Shown here in pieces: positions 1-13,817 of a stretch of DNA of 64,000 nt. Both the position numbers and the translations under genes were made by a program. Source of the DNA: Escherichia coli (GTDB taxonomy: Bacteria > Pseudomonadota > Gammaproteobacteria > Enterobacterales > Enterobacteriaceae); assembly GCF_013122565.1 (NCBI RefSeq), contig NZ_CP053258.1. One strand, given 5' to 3'. Numbering within the stretch: position 1 is the stretch's first letter; every line of letters begins with the position of its first letter. The notes beneath the pieces were generated by a model. The model did not search any database, had not been told where the DNA came from, and worked only from the letters and a program-made list of their open reading frames with translations.

Positions 1-630
<630 letters not shown>

Positions 631-672
631 TTATAGCACAGTCGTGGTGACTTGACCATCGTGCGCGTAGTG

Positions 673-1974
673 TCAGGCAGAGGTAAATTGCGGGATGTTA
701 TGCCATAACGGCCAGCTAAACGAGAAGCGGGCACCACCCAGTTCGCTGGTGTCACAATTAACCGTACCGCCCATTGCCAGTGCTATAGAGTGGACAATTG
801 CCAGCCCCAGCCCGCAGCCGCCGGTTGAGCGATCCCGGCTGGGATCGAGGCGAACAAAAGGTTCAAAGATATGTTCGCGGTTTTCTGGGGCAATCCCTGG
901 GCCATCATCCTCAACAATTAATGTCGCTCTATTCCCCGACAGTAGCAGGCTGGTTTCAACCGTTGAATGGCAGTACCGCAGGGCGTTATTGAGCAAATTA
1001 TCCAGCACGCGCTCCATTAAGCGCATATCCAACGCCGCATAATGGCCTTGCACGAGCGTTTTTATCCGTACCGTTTTATCGGGCGTTACTGCCTGAATAT
1101 CTGCTAGATGCGTTGACAGCCACAACGGCAGGTCTGGTTCGCTAAGATGAAGCTCGTTTTGTGGGCGATCGAGTCGGGCATAAGTCAGCAGCTCTTCAAT
1201 TAAAGCTTCAAGTTGACTGATATCACGATTCAACGCCTGGGATTCGGCGGCGCTCAGGTTATCGCTCATCTCCAGTCGATAACGCAGGCGCACTAACGGT
1301 GTTCGCAGTTCGTGAGCGATACCGTCAATAAGCTGTTTTTTGCTGGCAATTAAGGCGTTGATATTGTCCGCCATCTGGTTAAATGCGACGCCAAGTCGTT
1401 CAAAGCTCGAACCCTCATCAAAGTGGATACGTTCATTGAGATGCCCATCGCCAAATCGTTGCGCCGCTGCTTCCAGTTTTAACATATCCTGCCAGTGCGG
1501 ACGCATCCAGATAAACACCGGAAAGGCGAGGGAAATAGCAATAAAAGCGATCAGGGCGATATCCAGCAATCGCATCTGATGGAGATAATAAAGATAAGGA
1601 ACAGGACCAACTGCCAGCACGTAGTGGCTGCGCGGGATACGCTGCAAAAACGTGTACTGATCGTCCAGGGCGACAATTTCGCCGCCACGCAGTCGGTGCA
1701 TGGAAATATCATCAAGATGGTATTTACTCAGTGGCTCGACACGCAGATCGAAAGAGAGATTTAAATCCATCTCTTTCAGAGTCTTACCCCAGTCGTGTGG
1801 GGGGATCTCACGCAATTCGCTGCGCATCAGATACAGCGAACTGTTCATCAAATCATCCAGCGACTGTTTGCCCGCGCGTTCGGCGGTAAATTTGTACACC
1901 AGCCCAACCAGCAGAGACATCACAAGGAAGCAGACAAACAATAACAGGTAAAACTGGATAAACAGTTTTTTCAT
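673..1974 (-). CDS. rstB: Sensor histidine kinase RstB
   Basis: 433 aa ORF with two N-terminal TM segments, HAMP, H-box (HELRTPL) and HATPase motifs; adjacent to rstA. Confidence 0.9.
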   Translation of the reverse strand: MKKLFIQFYLLLFVCFLVMSLLVGLVYKFTAERAGKQSLDDLMNSSLYLMRSELREIPPHDWGKTLKEMDLNLSFDLRVEPLSKYHLDDISMHRLRGGEIVALDDQYTFLQRIPRSHYVLAVGPVPYLYYLHQMRLLDIALIAFIAISLAFPVFIWMRPHWQDMLKLEAAAQRFGDGHLNERIHFDEGSSFERLGVAFNQMADNINALIASKKQLIDGIAHELRTPLVRLRYRLEMSDNLSAAESQALNRDISQLEALIEELLTYARLDRPQNELHLSEPDLPLWLSTHLADIQAVTPDKTVRIKTLVQGHYAALDMRLMERVLDNLLNNALRYCHSTVETSLLLSGNRATLIVEDDGPGIAPENREHIFEPFVRLDPSRDRSTGGCGLGLAIVHSIALAMGGTVNCDTSELGGARFSFSWPLWHNIPQFTSA

Positions 1975-1977
1975 CGC

Positions 1978-2697
1978 TTATTCCCATGCATGGGGCGCAA
2001 AAAGATAGCCTTTGTTACGCACAGTTTTAATGCGATAAGGTTCTGCGGCGTTATCGAGCAGTTTTTTTCTTAACCGCGAAATAGCCACGTCCACGCTACG
2101 ATCCAGTCCGTCATAACTGACGCCGCGTAAATTTTTCAGCAATGCATCGCGGTCCATGATTTGCCCAGCATGGGTAGCTAATTCCCACAATAATTCGAAA
2201 TCAGCTGTCGAGAGCGAGATTTCAGTGTTAGCCAGGGTGACTACGCGGTTGATGGGATCGATGGTCAACGTGCCGAAATGCAGGGCTTTGTAGGGAGTCA
2301 GAGACGTTTCCTGAAGACCTTTGGTCAGTGTGGCTTGCTCATTCTGACGCAAATGCAAACGTAAACGCGCTAGCAAAACAGCAGGGGGCGTCGTTTTGAG
2401 AATATAGTCGCAGGCACCCATTTCCAGTGCCAGGATGTGGTTCATATCGCTATCGAGAGAGGTTAGAAGAACAATCGGTCCAGACCACTTTGCGCGTAAA
2501 TCACGACAAATGGTCATGCCGTCCTTGCCTGGTAGCATGATGTCGAGTAACACCAAATCCGGATTTTCTCGCAAAATGGTTTCTTCGGCCTGGTCGCCGC
2601 GCGGCTCTACGGTAACCTGCATATCATGTTTTGCCAGGTACGCGGCAATCAGTGAACCGACTTCCGCATCATCTTCCACAAATACGATAGTGTTCAT
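1978..2697 (-). CDS. rstA: OmpR-family response regulator RstA
   Basis: ORF track 1978..2757; likely true start MNTIVFVEDD (ATG at 2695-2697) giving 239 aa; receiver domain plus winged-helix domain. Confidence 0.9.
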   Translation of the reverse strand: MNTIVFVEDDAEVGSLIAAYLAKHDMQVTVEPRGDQAEETILRENPDLVLLDIMLPGKDGMTICRDLRAKWSGPIVLLTSLDSDMNHILALEMGACDYILKTTPPAVLLARLRLHLRQNEQATLTKGLQETSLTPYKALHFGTLTIDPINRVVTLANTEISLSTADFELLWELATHAGQIMDRDALLKNLRGVSYDGLDRSVDVAISRLRKKLLDNAAEPYRIKTVRNKGYLFAPHAWE

Positions 2698-2825
2698 AAC
2701 ATTCACGGTAGATATAAAAACGTCACAATACACCGCGCTGTTTTTACTTACTATCAATCGTTTCTAAACAAGTTTTCATCAGGTATTCTACTGATGACTT
2801 GTTATGGAAGTGTTAAGGTAAAAAG

Positions 2826-3161
2826 ATGGGGCTGGTAATCAAAGCCGCGCTCGGTGCGCTGGTAGTGCTGTTGATTGGTGTTTTAGCAAAAACGAAAAAT
2901 TATTATATCGCCGGGCTGATTCCACTTTTCCCGACCTTTGCGCTTATCGCGCATTATATTGTTGCCAGCGAACGCGGCATTGAAGCCTTACGCGCAACCA
3001 TCATTTTTAGTATGTGGTCGATTATTCCCTATTTTGTTTACCTGGTGTCGCTGTGGTATTTCACCGGAATGATGCGCTTGCCCGCCGCTTTTGTTGGTTC
3101 TGTTGCGTGTTGGGGGATAAGCGCATGGGTGTTGATTATATGCTGGATAAAGCTGCATTAA
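2826..3161 (+). CDS. ydgC: GlpM-family small inner membrane protein
   Basis: 111 aa hydrophobic ORF; position between rstA and folM as in K-12. Confidence 0.8.
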   Translation: MGLVIKAALGALVVLLIGVLAKTKNYYIAGLIPLFPTFALIAHYIVASERGIEALRATIIFSMWSIIPYFVYLVSLWYFTGMMRLPAAFVGSVACWGISAWVLIICWIKLH

Positions 3162-3880
3162 CGCAGATGACGACCGCCATCAAGTGGGAAACTGCGTCCG
3201 GTGACAAAGCAACTGGTAAGTAAGTAATCGACCAGGTCGATCACTTCTTTCTCGCCAGGCGCGGTTTTCATCAGTGATTTATTCAGCGCCTGTTGTCGAT
3301 ATTCGGCATCATCATGTTCATTAAACAGGATCAGCGATGGCGCAATAGAATTCACTTTCACTTCCGGTGCCAGCTTGCGGGCAAACGAGCGGGTCATATT
3401 ATCCAGTGCCGCTTTGCTTGCAGCATACGCAATATGTTTGTCGCTACCGCGCTCCACCACATAATCGGTAAAGTGAATGATATCGCTGGCGGCGTGTCCG
3501 TGCCCACGCAGTAATCTTTCCAGCGCATGGTTGAGCAGGTATGGGGTATTAACGTGGATCTGCATCATGCAAGCCAGTACGTCGGCCAGTGGCGCACCCG
3601 GTTTTTCCGCCATCCACGCACTGGCGTTATGCAAAATAGCACGCAGACCATGGGTGCTTTTTAGTACTTCGTCGGCAAACGCCATCACACCGTCGTTGGT
3701 CGAAAAATCAGCCTGAATACACTGCGCACCTGCATTAATCAGTCCATCAATGGCTGGATAGTGCGTCCGATAGCTGACAATCACCGGTTGCTTTTGATTA
3801 ATGAAATGCCATGCGAGGGCGAGGCCGATGCGACGACCACCGCCAGTAATTAATATTGGCAAGGGCTGGGCTTTACCCAT
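3158..3880 (-). CDS. folM: Dihydromonapterin/dihydrofolate reductase FolM (SDR family)
   Basis: 240 aa ORF with N-terminal ITGGGRRIG Rossmann motif and YAASKAAL SDR active site. Confidence 0.85.
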   Translation of the reverse strand: MGKAQPLPILITGGGRRIGLALAWHFINQKQPVIVSYRTHYPAIDGLINAGAQCIQADFSTNDGVMAFADEVLKSTHGLRAILHNASAWMAEKPGAPLADVLACMMQIHVNTPYLLNHALERLLRGHGHAASDIIHFTDYVVERGSDKHIAYAASKAALDNMTRSFARKLAPEVKVNSIAPSLILFNEHDDAEYRQQALNKSLMKTAPGEKEVIDLVDYLLTSCFVTGRSFPLDGGRHLR

Positions 3881-3916
3881 CGTTATCTCCTTTGCTATCC
3901 AACGATGGGATGAACG

Positions 3917-5299
3917 TTATCCCACCAGCATCCAGGTCGCCGGAACTGAGGCAATTAACAGCATGCCAATCAGCACCATTTCCTGACGGTTCAGTACATT
4001 ATCATGGGTATGCGTTTTACGCGCGTACAGGAAAACCAGCAGCCCCGGTGCATACAGAACAACGGATAACAGCAAGTGCATTGGACCAGAGGCGTACAAT
4101 AACCATAAGCCATAAATGCAGGCACCGACACCTACCGCTTTATGCAGTGGACGGGTTGCGATTTTCAGCAAGAACGCGCCGACCAGGAAATAGGGCACCA
4201 GAATCATTTCTGAGGCGATGGTCAGCAACGTGTTGTAATCGGAACCGGTCAGCCAGATGAGTACCAGACAAATTTGCACGCAGATGTTAGTCAACCACAG
4301 TGAGGCGGATGGCGCAGCTTGTGCGTTCTGGCGCGCAAAAATGCGCGGGAATGCTTTATGAGTGGCGGCCAGGAACGGAACTTCTGCCGCCATGATGGTC
4401 CAGCTTAAGTACGCGCCGCAAACGGAAACGATCAAACCGGCAGCGATGATGATTTCGCCCCACGGTCCCATCATTTCCACCATCAGACCGGCCATTGACG
4501 GGTTACGAATTTCAGCCAGTTCAGGACGTGCCACCACACCCAGCGAAAGCAGCGTTACCAGCAAGTAAACGCCCAGAGCGGAGAGAACCGCCAGCAGTGT
4601 CGCTTTGCCAACATCACGTTTATTACGCGCACGCGCAGAAACAACCACGGCACCTTCCACACCAATGAAAACCCACAGGGTGATCAGCATGGTGTTTTTC
4701 ACCTGTTCCCACACGGGGACGCCAAGTGCAAGTCCGGTGAAGTCGAGCTTGAAGGTATCCAGTTTGAACATCATCATAGCCAGCACAACAAACAGACCCA
4801 GCGGCAACAATTTTGCCAGTGTCGCCACCAGGTTAATGCTGGCAGCGGTTTGCACCCCGCGCAGGATCAAAAAGTGAACAATCCACAATAAAGCCGATGC
4901 ACCGACGATCGATTGCCAGGTATTACCATCGCCAAACAGGCGCAATTCCGGCGTGTCCGTAAAAAAGCTTAACGCGGAAAAAACGATTACCAGATAGGAG
5001 ACGTTGGCGATGACTGCGCACAGCCAGTATCCCCATGCGGAACAAAAGCCGATTAGCTCGCCAAACCCTTCGCGGGCATAGGTAAAGATACCGCCGTCAA
5101 GTTCGGGACGAATGCGCGTGAGGATCAGCATGGCAAAGGCCAGTAATAAAATACCAGCGCCAGTGATACCCCAGCCGATGAGCAGTGCTGCCGGGCTGGC
5201 AACTGCCGCCATATTTTGCGGCAGACTGAAAACACCCGCGCCCAGCATTGAGCTTAATACCAGCGCGGTGAGTGCGCTCAGTCCCAGTTTCTTTTCCAT
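3917..5299 (-). CDS. ydgI: Putative arginine/ornithine antiporter (ArcD-like, APC family)
   Basis: 460 aa polytopic membrane ORF; recalled match to E. coli YdgI. Confidence 0.85.
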   Translation of the reverse strand: MEKKLGLSALTALVLSSMLGAGVFSLPQNMAAVASPAALLIGWGITGAGILLLAFAMLILTRIRPELDGGIFTYAREGFGELIGFCSAWGYWLCAVIANVSYLVIVFSALSFFTDTPELRLFGDGNTWQSIVGASALLWIVHFLILRGVQTAASINLVATLAKLLPLGLFVVLAMMMFKLDTFKLDFTGLALGVPVWEQVKNTMLITLWVFIGVEGAVVVSARARNKRDVGKATLLAVLSALGVYLLVTLLSLGVVARPELAEIRNPSMAGLMVEMMGPWGEIIIAAGLIVSVCGAYLSWTIMAAEVPFLAATHKAFPRIFARQNAQAAPSASLWLTNICVQICLVLIWLTGSDYNTLLTIASEMILVPYFLVGAFLLKIATRPLHKAVGVGACIYGLWLLYASGPMHLLLSVVLYAPGLLVFLYARKTHTHDNVLNRQEMVLIGMLLIASVPATWMLVG

Positions 5300-5484
5300 C
5301 GATATCCAGTGATTAAAACGTGATAAGAAGAATAAATATTAGGGCAAAACGCATAAAAATGGAGTTTGCCACTGAAGCGCGGGATTTTACGAAGAGATGT
5401 GTCTGCATGCAATGGTTGCGGGGAAATTTGTGACTAAAAATACGAAAGGCGGCATCAAGCCGCCTTATAGGAGTAACTGAATAG

Positions 5485-6429
5485 TTATTTATACAGATCT
5501 GCGCTGACGGTCAGGTTATTACCACGTTCCTGCCACTGGCGGGTGATGTGGTAATACTTAGCACCTTTCTTCGCGGCACGTTTCGCAACCTGATAGGAGA
5601 CTTCGGTCATGTTGCCGTAGTTGCCAGAGAATTTGATGCTGTCGAACGGGACCATCATCGCTGCGGTCGCTTTGTTCAGTTCTTCGACTTTAGTGCCATC
5701 CGGGAGCGTGACAGTGTAACGCCCGCCTTTTGATGACTGGGTTTCAAAGAAGCGACCAACTTCAGAACTTGGTGAAGCGGTAGTCGCAACACCCGGGATC
5801 TCAACTTTCTTCGCGGCTTCGCCACCGGCAGCCAGAGCTGCACGTCCTGCTTCGGAATCTGCCGGGATCACATCCGGGCTCTGGACGATACGTTTCTTAG
5901 CATCTTTTTTATAGATGAATGCAGTAATACGCTGGTTGCCGCCCTGGTTGGCATCGATTTGACGAACGATGTAGAAAGAGTAGGCACCTTTCGCTTTTGC
6001 CGCTTTGGTGATGGCATCATTGACTTCTGGCTGGCTACGATAGAAGCCCTGGACGGTGACCGTGTCAAACGGTTCAATCAGAACAGCCTGATCTTTCGGC
6101 AGTTCGACAACACCGTTAATTACGCGATTACTTGTTTCTTCTGCTTTTTCAGCATCGGCTTTATAGAGGTCAGCGACCACACGCCAGTTACCGCTGTTAC
6201 CAAAATCAGAAGTGTCGACAACATAAAAAGAGGCGGCACCTTCTTTATCTGCGCGACGAGAAACGGCTTTCACCGCTTCGCCAATAGCATTAAAACGACC
6301 GGTAACCACTACACGGTCAAAAGGTTTAACCGCTGCCGCTTGCTCCGGTGTCAGTTCTGTTGCTGCGTTAACGGAGAATGCCGTAGCAGAAAGCAGTGCC
6401 GACGCCAGGAGGGTGTTCTTAAGCTTCAT
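5485..6429 (-). CDS. ydgH: Periplasmic protein with repeated DUF1471 (YdgH/BhsA-type) domains
   Basis: 314 aa ORF with signal peptide (MKLKNTLLASALLSATAFSVNA) and three internal repeats. Confidence 0.8.
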   Translation of the reverse strand: MKLKNTLLASALLSATAFSVNAATELTPEQAAAVKPFDRVVVTGRFNAIGEAVKAVSRRADKEGAASFYVVDTSDFGNSGNWRVVADLYKADAEKAEETSNRVINGVVELPKDQAVLIEPFDTVTVQGFYRSQPEVNDAITKAAKAKGAYSFYIVRQIDANQGGNQRITAFIYKKDAKKRIVQSPDVIPADSEAGRAALAAGGEAAKKVEIPGVATTASPSSEVGRFFETQSSKGGRYTVTLPDGTKVEELNKATAAMMVPFDSIKFSGNYGNMTEVSYQVAKRAAKKGAKYYHITRQWQERGNNLTVSADLYK

Positions 6430-6889
6430 AAAAATAATCCTTCGCCTTGCGCAAACCAGGTACTGGTATTGTTATTAACGAGAAACGTGGCTGATTATTG
6501 CATTTAAACGGTGTAACTGTCTGCGTCATTTTTCATATCACATTCCTTAAGCCAATTTTAATCCTGCTCAAATGACCGTCTATGCTTAAAAAACAGCCGC
6601 ATCAGCATCAATACTACTGAAGCAACTGAATTGTATAAGTTAATTTAATGTTAAGTAGTGATTCGTGCCGGGGCGATGTCTCGTTTTACCTGACCGTCGA
6701 AGACAATTATCAGTCTTTATCCGGCGTTCTAAGGTATTTATCCCACTATCACGGCTGAATCGTTAATATTTTGCGAGTTCACGCCGAAATACTGATTTTT
6801 GGCGCTAGATCACAGGCATAATTTTCAGTACGTTATAGGGCGTTTGTTACTAATTTATTTTAACGGAGTAACATTTAGCTCGTACATGA

Positions 6890-8485
<1,596 letters not shown>

Positions 8486-8492
8486 GGGGTAA

Positions 8493-9884
<1,392 letters not shown>

Positions 9885-9888
9885 CCCT

Positions 9889-9920
9889 GACGGCCTCTGC
9901 GGAGGCCGTCACTCTTTATT
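9889..9920. terminator. Stem-loop between convergent pntB and tqsA (possible bidirectional terminator)
   Basis: GACGGCCTC-TGCG-GAGGCCGTC perfect 9 bp stem followed by T-rich tract. Confidence 0.5.
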
Positions 9921-10857
9921 GAGATCGCTTAACAGAACGGCGATGCTTTGACCTCCCGCTGTTTGTTCAAGCGCAATTTTGACAATAATTGTTAACGGCA
10001 CGGAAAGCAGCATACCCACCGGTCCTAACAACCATCCCCAAAAAATCAACGACAAAAATACCACCAATGTGGAAAGTCCCAGCCCACGCCCCATGATGCG
10101 TGGCTCCAGAATATTGCCGAAGACCAGATTAATCAGCAGATATCCCGCCAGCACCAACAACGCTTCGTAGAAGCCATTAAACACCAGTACCTGAGCGATA
10201 ATCGAGGGCGGCGAGCATCGCCCATGCGACCAGGCCGGTGATGATGCTGATGGCTGTTTTCAGCACCAGATAATGAGACACACTGTCAATCGCACGCTGA
10301 ATCGCCGCCATCCCTTCAACCGGACGCGCCATCATTTGCTGAAATTTTCCGGGCAATTGTGGCACTTCGAGCAGCATAAACAGCACCGTCAGCAGCAATA
10401 AAAATATTGATGACATGGCATTAGATAACTGCGTCAATAAGTTGGTGAGCAACGTCATCGCCGCGTTCGGATCAATGTAATGCGCCAGTTGGTCAACTGA
10501 GACGTCAATCCCTACGCGTTGCAACAACGGCTCAAGAGCTTGCAGCGGCGTCATAATAGAGTTGCGATATTGCGGTAACGTCCGCGTCAACTCGTTGAGC
10601 GCGGAACCCAGATAAGCTAACAGCAACACCATAGCCATCACGATGATGGTCATCAAAATCGACACCGCCAGTACACGCGGCACTCGCCAGCGGACCATGT
10701 GTTGCACCAGCGGGTTAAGAATAACAGCAATAAATAATGCGAGAATAAACGGCACGATGATCTCGGCGGCAAAACGGATACCGCAGAGAATAATGACCAG
10801 CATTCCCAACATAATGACGATTTTTAGGCCATTGAGCGTGATGATCGGCTTTGCCAT
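9909..10857 (-). pseudogene. tqsA: AI-2 exporter TqsA (AI-2E/PerM family) interrupted by frameshift or internal deletion
   Basis: Two collinear same-strand ORFs (10177..10857, 226 aa, and 9909..10184, 91 aa) correspond to N- and C-terminal parts of one transporter; frames switch near 10180-10215. Confidence 0.7.
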
Positions 10858-11268
10858 GCTTGTCCCCGTTTTTTCTTCCTTGGCTAATAATAATGTCTTT
10901 TTCGCTCCGTCATCATAACGAAAATCAAACCGCTCAGGTAAAGAAGTGAAAATATTTTGAGTTAATTCTTAAGCTATGATACAAATCAGGCGTGTTCAAC
11001 TACCGAGGACAATTATCATCCGCGATGACGAGAAGCAACACTGCGGATAATTGTAATATTATGGACAATTTGTTCAGGACGTTATTTTCTACATTTACCC
11101 ATCTTCGTACCTCATCCACTATCTTGCTCGTAGGTGAGCAGCACTGGCGCAACGCGCTTTAGTCCTTTCTTCTGCCAAAGCTTGCGCTAAGCGCGGGGCT
11201 TGACCACTTTACTTTGGTTTCGCTGAATTAAGCGAAAATTAAAATAATTCTCTTGCAGGAGAAGGACA

Positions 11269-11634
11269 ATGTATATTTATTGGATTTTATTAGGTCTGGC
11301 TATTGCTACAGAAATTACCGGTACGCTGTCCATGAAATGGGCGAGCGTCAGTGAGGGAAATGGCGGCTTTATTTTAATGCTGGTGATGATTTCTCTGTCG
11401 TATATATTTCTCTCTTTCGCCGTTAAAAAAATCGCCTTAGGCGTAGCTTATGCGCTGTGGGAAGGTATCGGTATTTTATTTATTACCTTGTTTAGCGTTT
11501 TGTTATTCGACGAAAGTTTATCGCTGATGAAAATTGCCGGGTTAACCACCCTGGTCGCCGGGATTGTGTTGATAAAATCAGGTACCCGTAAAGCGCGTAA
11601 ACCTGAACTGGAGGTGAACCATGGCGCAGTTTGA
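11269..11634 (+). CDS. mdtJ: Spermidine export protein MdtJ (SMR family)
   Basis: 121 aa four-TM ORF; overlaps mdtI start. Confidence 0.9.
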
Positions 11635-11950
11635 ATGGGTTCACGCCGCCTGGCTGGCATTGGCAATCGTGCTGGAAATCGTTGCTAACGTCTTTTTGAA
11701 ATTTTCTGACGGCTTTCGTCGCAAAATATTTGGCTTGCTCTCCCTGGCGGCGGTGCTGGCTGCCTTTAGTGCGCTTTCTCAGGCCGTTAAAGGGATCGAC
11801 TTGTCTGTCGCTTATGCATTGTGGGGCGGGTTTGGTATTGCCGCCACGTTAGCCGCAGGTTGGATCTTGTTTGGTCAACGGTTAAATCGTAAAGGCTGGA
11901 TTGGCCTGATCTTGCTGTTGGCTGGAATGATCATGGTGAAACTTGCCTGA
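11621..11950 (+). CDS. mdtI: Spermidine export protein MdtI (SMR family)
   Basis: 109 aa ORF overlapping mdtJ 3' end, consistent with translational coupling. Confidence 0.9.
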
Positions 11951-11988
11951 TGAACACGCTGCCCGCGCTGTCGGGCAGCGTTTGAACA

Positions 11989-12810
11989 TTATTTTTGCGA
12001 CAGTTGATCCAGCCTGTCGCGAAAACCGGTAACAGAAATGGCCCGGTTATCGGCGCGCCAGCGATCTTTCGCGGCAGGAGCCGAACTTTGCACCCCAATT
12101 AATTGCCAGCCGTCATCGGTATGCAACATCAGAGGCGAACCGCTGTCACCCGGCAAGGTATCGCACTGATGTGACATCACCGACGTTTGCGCCCAGCCAG
12201 TCACTTCACAGTTTTGATGACTGTACAACGTATCGAGATGATCTTCAGGGTATCCCGCCTGAGTTACTTTACGGCCAGCCGATTTTAATGCGGCGGTAAG
12301 CGCGGCTTTATCTCCCTCAAATAACGGCAACGGTGTAATGCCAGAAGGGGGATTACGTAGCACAATCAATCCGAAGTCCCACGGTGCAGCTGCGGGAGGT
12401 ACAATCCAACCATCCCCATCTGCTTTTAACCGCTTTCCCAGTGTCGGATCAACGCGGCCTTCTATGTCGTGGATCTCATAGCGCCAAAGACCTTTATTTG
12501 ACACAAAACGCAGCGCTACCGCCTTATCCGCTTTACCCTTTGGAGGTGTCAATAAACAGTGTCCTGCCGTTAATGCCAGATTGGGTGCAATCAGCGTCGC
12601 CGTACATAAATTGCCGCTGGCCGTTTCCAGTTGCCCAACCGCATCCCACGGTGATTGGGTCGTGTCATTCACTGGCACACGATCATCATGACCAAAAAAC
12701 AGGGTGCTGATCTCATCGTTTGCCGATTTGGCAACGTCTGGTTTATCTGCAAACACAAAAGCAGACGTCAAACTAATTGCACCCAACACTACAGCAATGG
12801 TTGTACGCAT
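11989..12810 (-). CDS. ydgD: Secreted trypsin-like serine peptidase (S1 family)
   Basis: 273 aa ORF with signal peptide, TAGHC histidine motif and GDSGSP serine motif. Confidence 0.8.
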   Translation of the reverse strand: MRTTIAVVLGAISLTSAFVFADKPDVAKSANDEISTLFFGHDDRVPVNDTTQSPWDAVGQLETASGNLCTATLIAPNLALTAGHCLLTPPKGKADKAVALRFVSNKGLWRYEIHDIEGRVDPTLGKRLKADGDGWIVPPAAAPWDFGLIVLRNPPSGITPLPLFEGDKAALTAALKSAGRKVTQAGYPEDHLDTLYSHQNCEVTGWAQTSVMSHQCDTLPGDSGSPLMLHTDDGWQLIGVQSSAPAAKDRWRADNRAISVTGFRDRLDQLSQK

Positions 12811-12909
12811 ATCACACTCTGGTGGGTAATTATGATTATTAAAAGCAAACCCTCATAAATACTATAGACGGGACGGGATGAAAGTGGGAGTAAAATCAGA
12901 TAACTACGA

Positions 12910-12993
12910 TCAGGAAAGATAAAAACGGGCGGCAATCAGTGCGCATAAAATAAGGATGATAAGAATGAACTCAAAGCGATAACGGCCCACCAT
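12910..12993 (-). CDS. ydgU: Small hydrophobic protein YdgU (27 aa)
   Basis: Manual translation MVGRYRFEFILIILILCALIAARFYLS; too short for ORF track. Confidence 0.6.
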   Translation of the reverse strand: MVGRYRFEFILIILILCALIAARFYLS

Positions 12994-13085
12994 ACTACCC
13001 TCCGCTAAAGGCGGTGCTAAACGTTACCCGCTTAGCACCGTAATTTTCAGGCGCGAGGGGGCGCGCCAGCATTACTGTTGAAAAC

Positions 13086-13394
13086 TTACGCTGCGGGTTG
13101 TGCAGCAGGTTTTGCCGGTTGCTGATGGCTGTGTTTCCCGGCGTGTTTCTTCGCTGCCTGCGCTTTTTGTTCAGGGGCTTTCTGTTCAGCTTTCGTATTT
13201 TTATGATGCTTTTTAGCCGCCTGCGCTTTCTGGGCAGGTGCTGCTTTATGCTGTTTTTTATGATGTGTAGTTTTCGCCGGCGCTGCTTTGGTGGTCGTCG
13301 CAGTCGGAGCAGGTGTGGTCGCAGTCTCTGCAGCAAAGGCGGCAGAAGACAGACCCATAGCAGCGGCAACAACCAGAGCTAATACTTTTTTCAT
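13086..13394 (-). CDS. asr: Acid shock protein Asr
   Basis: ORF track 13086..13421; canonical start [14 protein letters not shown] (signal peptide); lysine/alanine/histidine-rich repetitive periplasmic protein. Confidence 0.85.
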   Translation of the reverse strand: MKKVLALVVAAAMGLSSAAFAAETATTPAPTATTTKAAPAKTTHHKKQHKAAPAQKAQAAKKHHKNTKAEQKAPEQKAQAAKKHAGKHSHQQPAKPAAQPAA

Positions 13395-13817
13395 TGTCAT
13401 ACCCTCAATTTGTTTTTTCATTTAACCCCACTGCGGGGCCGTTGAAATAACTATATCCCTGGGAATGGTAGACTTCCGTGAGTGGTTGGTTTCAGCGTGT
13501 AACGATATGTACAAACGCTGAATAAATTACAGCATTGATAATAACGTATTGTGACTTAAGGAAAATTTAGCTACCAATAATAGTAGTCTTGATCGGGTTA
13601 ACTATTTTACTACTTACAAAGCGGTAGAATAACTGCGCATCAGTAATAAATGACACACAGCAAAATGAATCCGTTTATTTGGGTACTTATAATCTTGATG
13701 ACGCTAGATGCGCTGCGGGAATTGGCTGGCGCTTCGTCTATTTTAGGATGGCTATTAACGTTGGTTTGAGCAGGCAATAAGTCCGGATGGGTATTTACCG
13801 CAGTCCGGACTTATTTT

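Noticed and set aside
5959-6507. 182 aa plus-strand ORF antisense to ydgH
   Set aside because: Lies entirely antisense within a well-supported gene; cysteine and arginine-rich translation typical of spurious antisense frames.
12995-13382. ORF-track ORFs of 125 aa (minus) and 94 aa (plus) overlapping asr
   Set aside because: Products of the repetitive lysine/alanine-rich asr sequence read in other frames; arginine/leucine low-complexity translations.
13780-13817. Hairpin AAGTCCGGA...TCCGGACTT followed by ATTTTT, considered as a terminator
   Set aside because: The orientation (T-run on the plus strand) does not match either flanking gene (asr and ynfM are both on the minus strand); function unclear, possibly a REP-like or bidirectional element.
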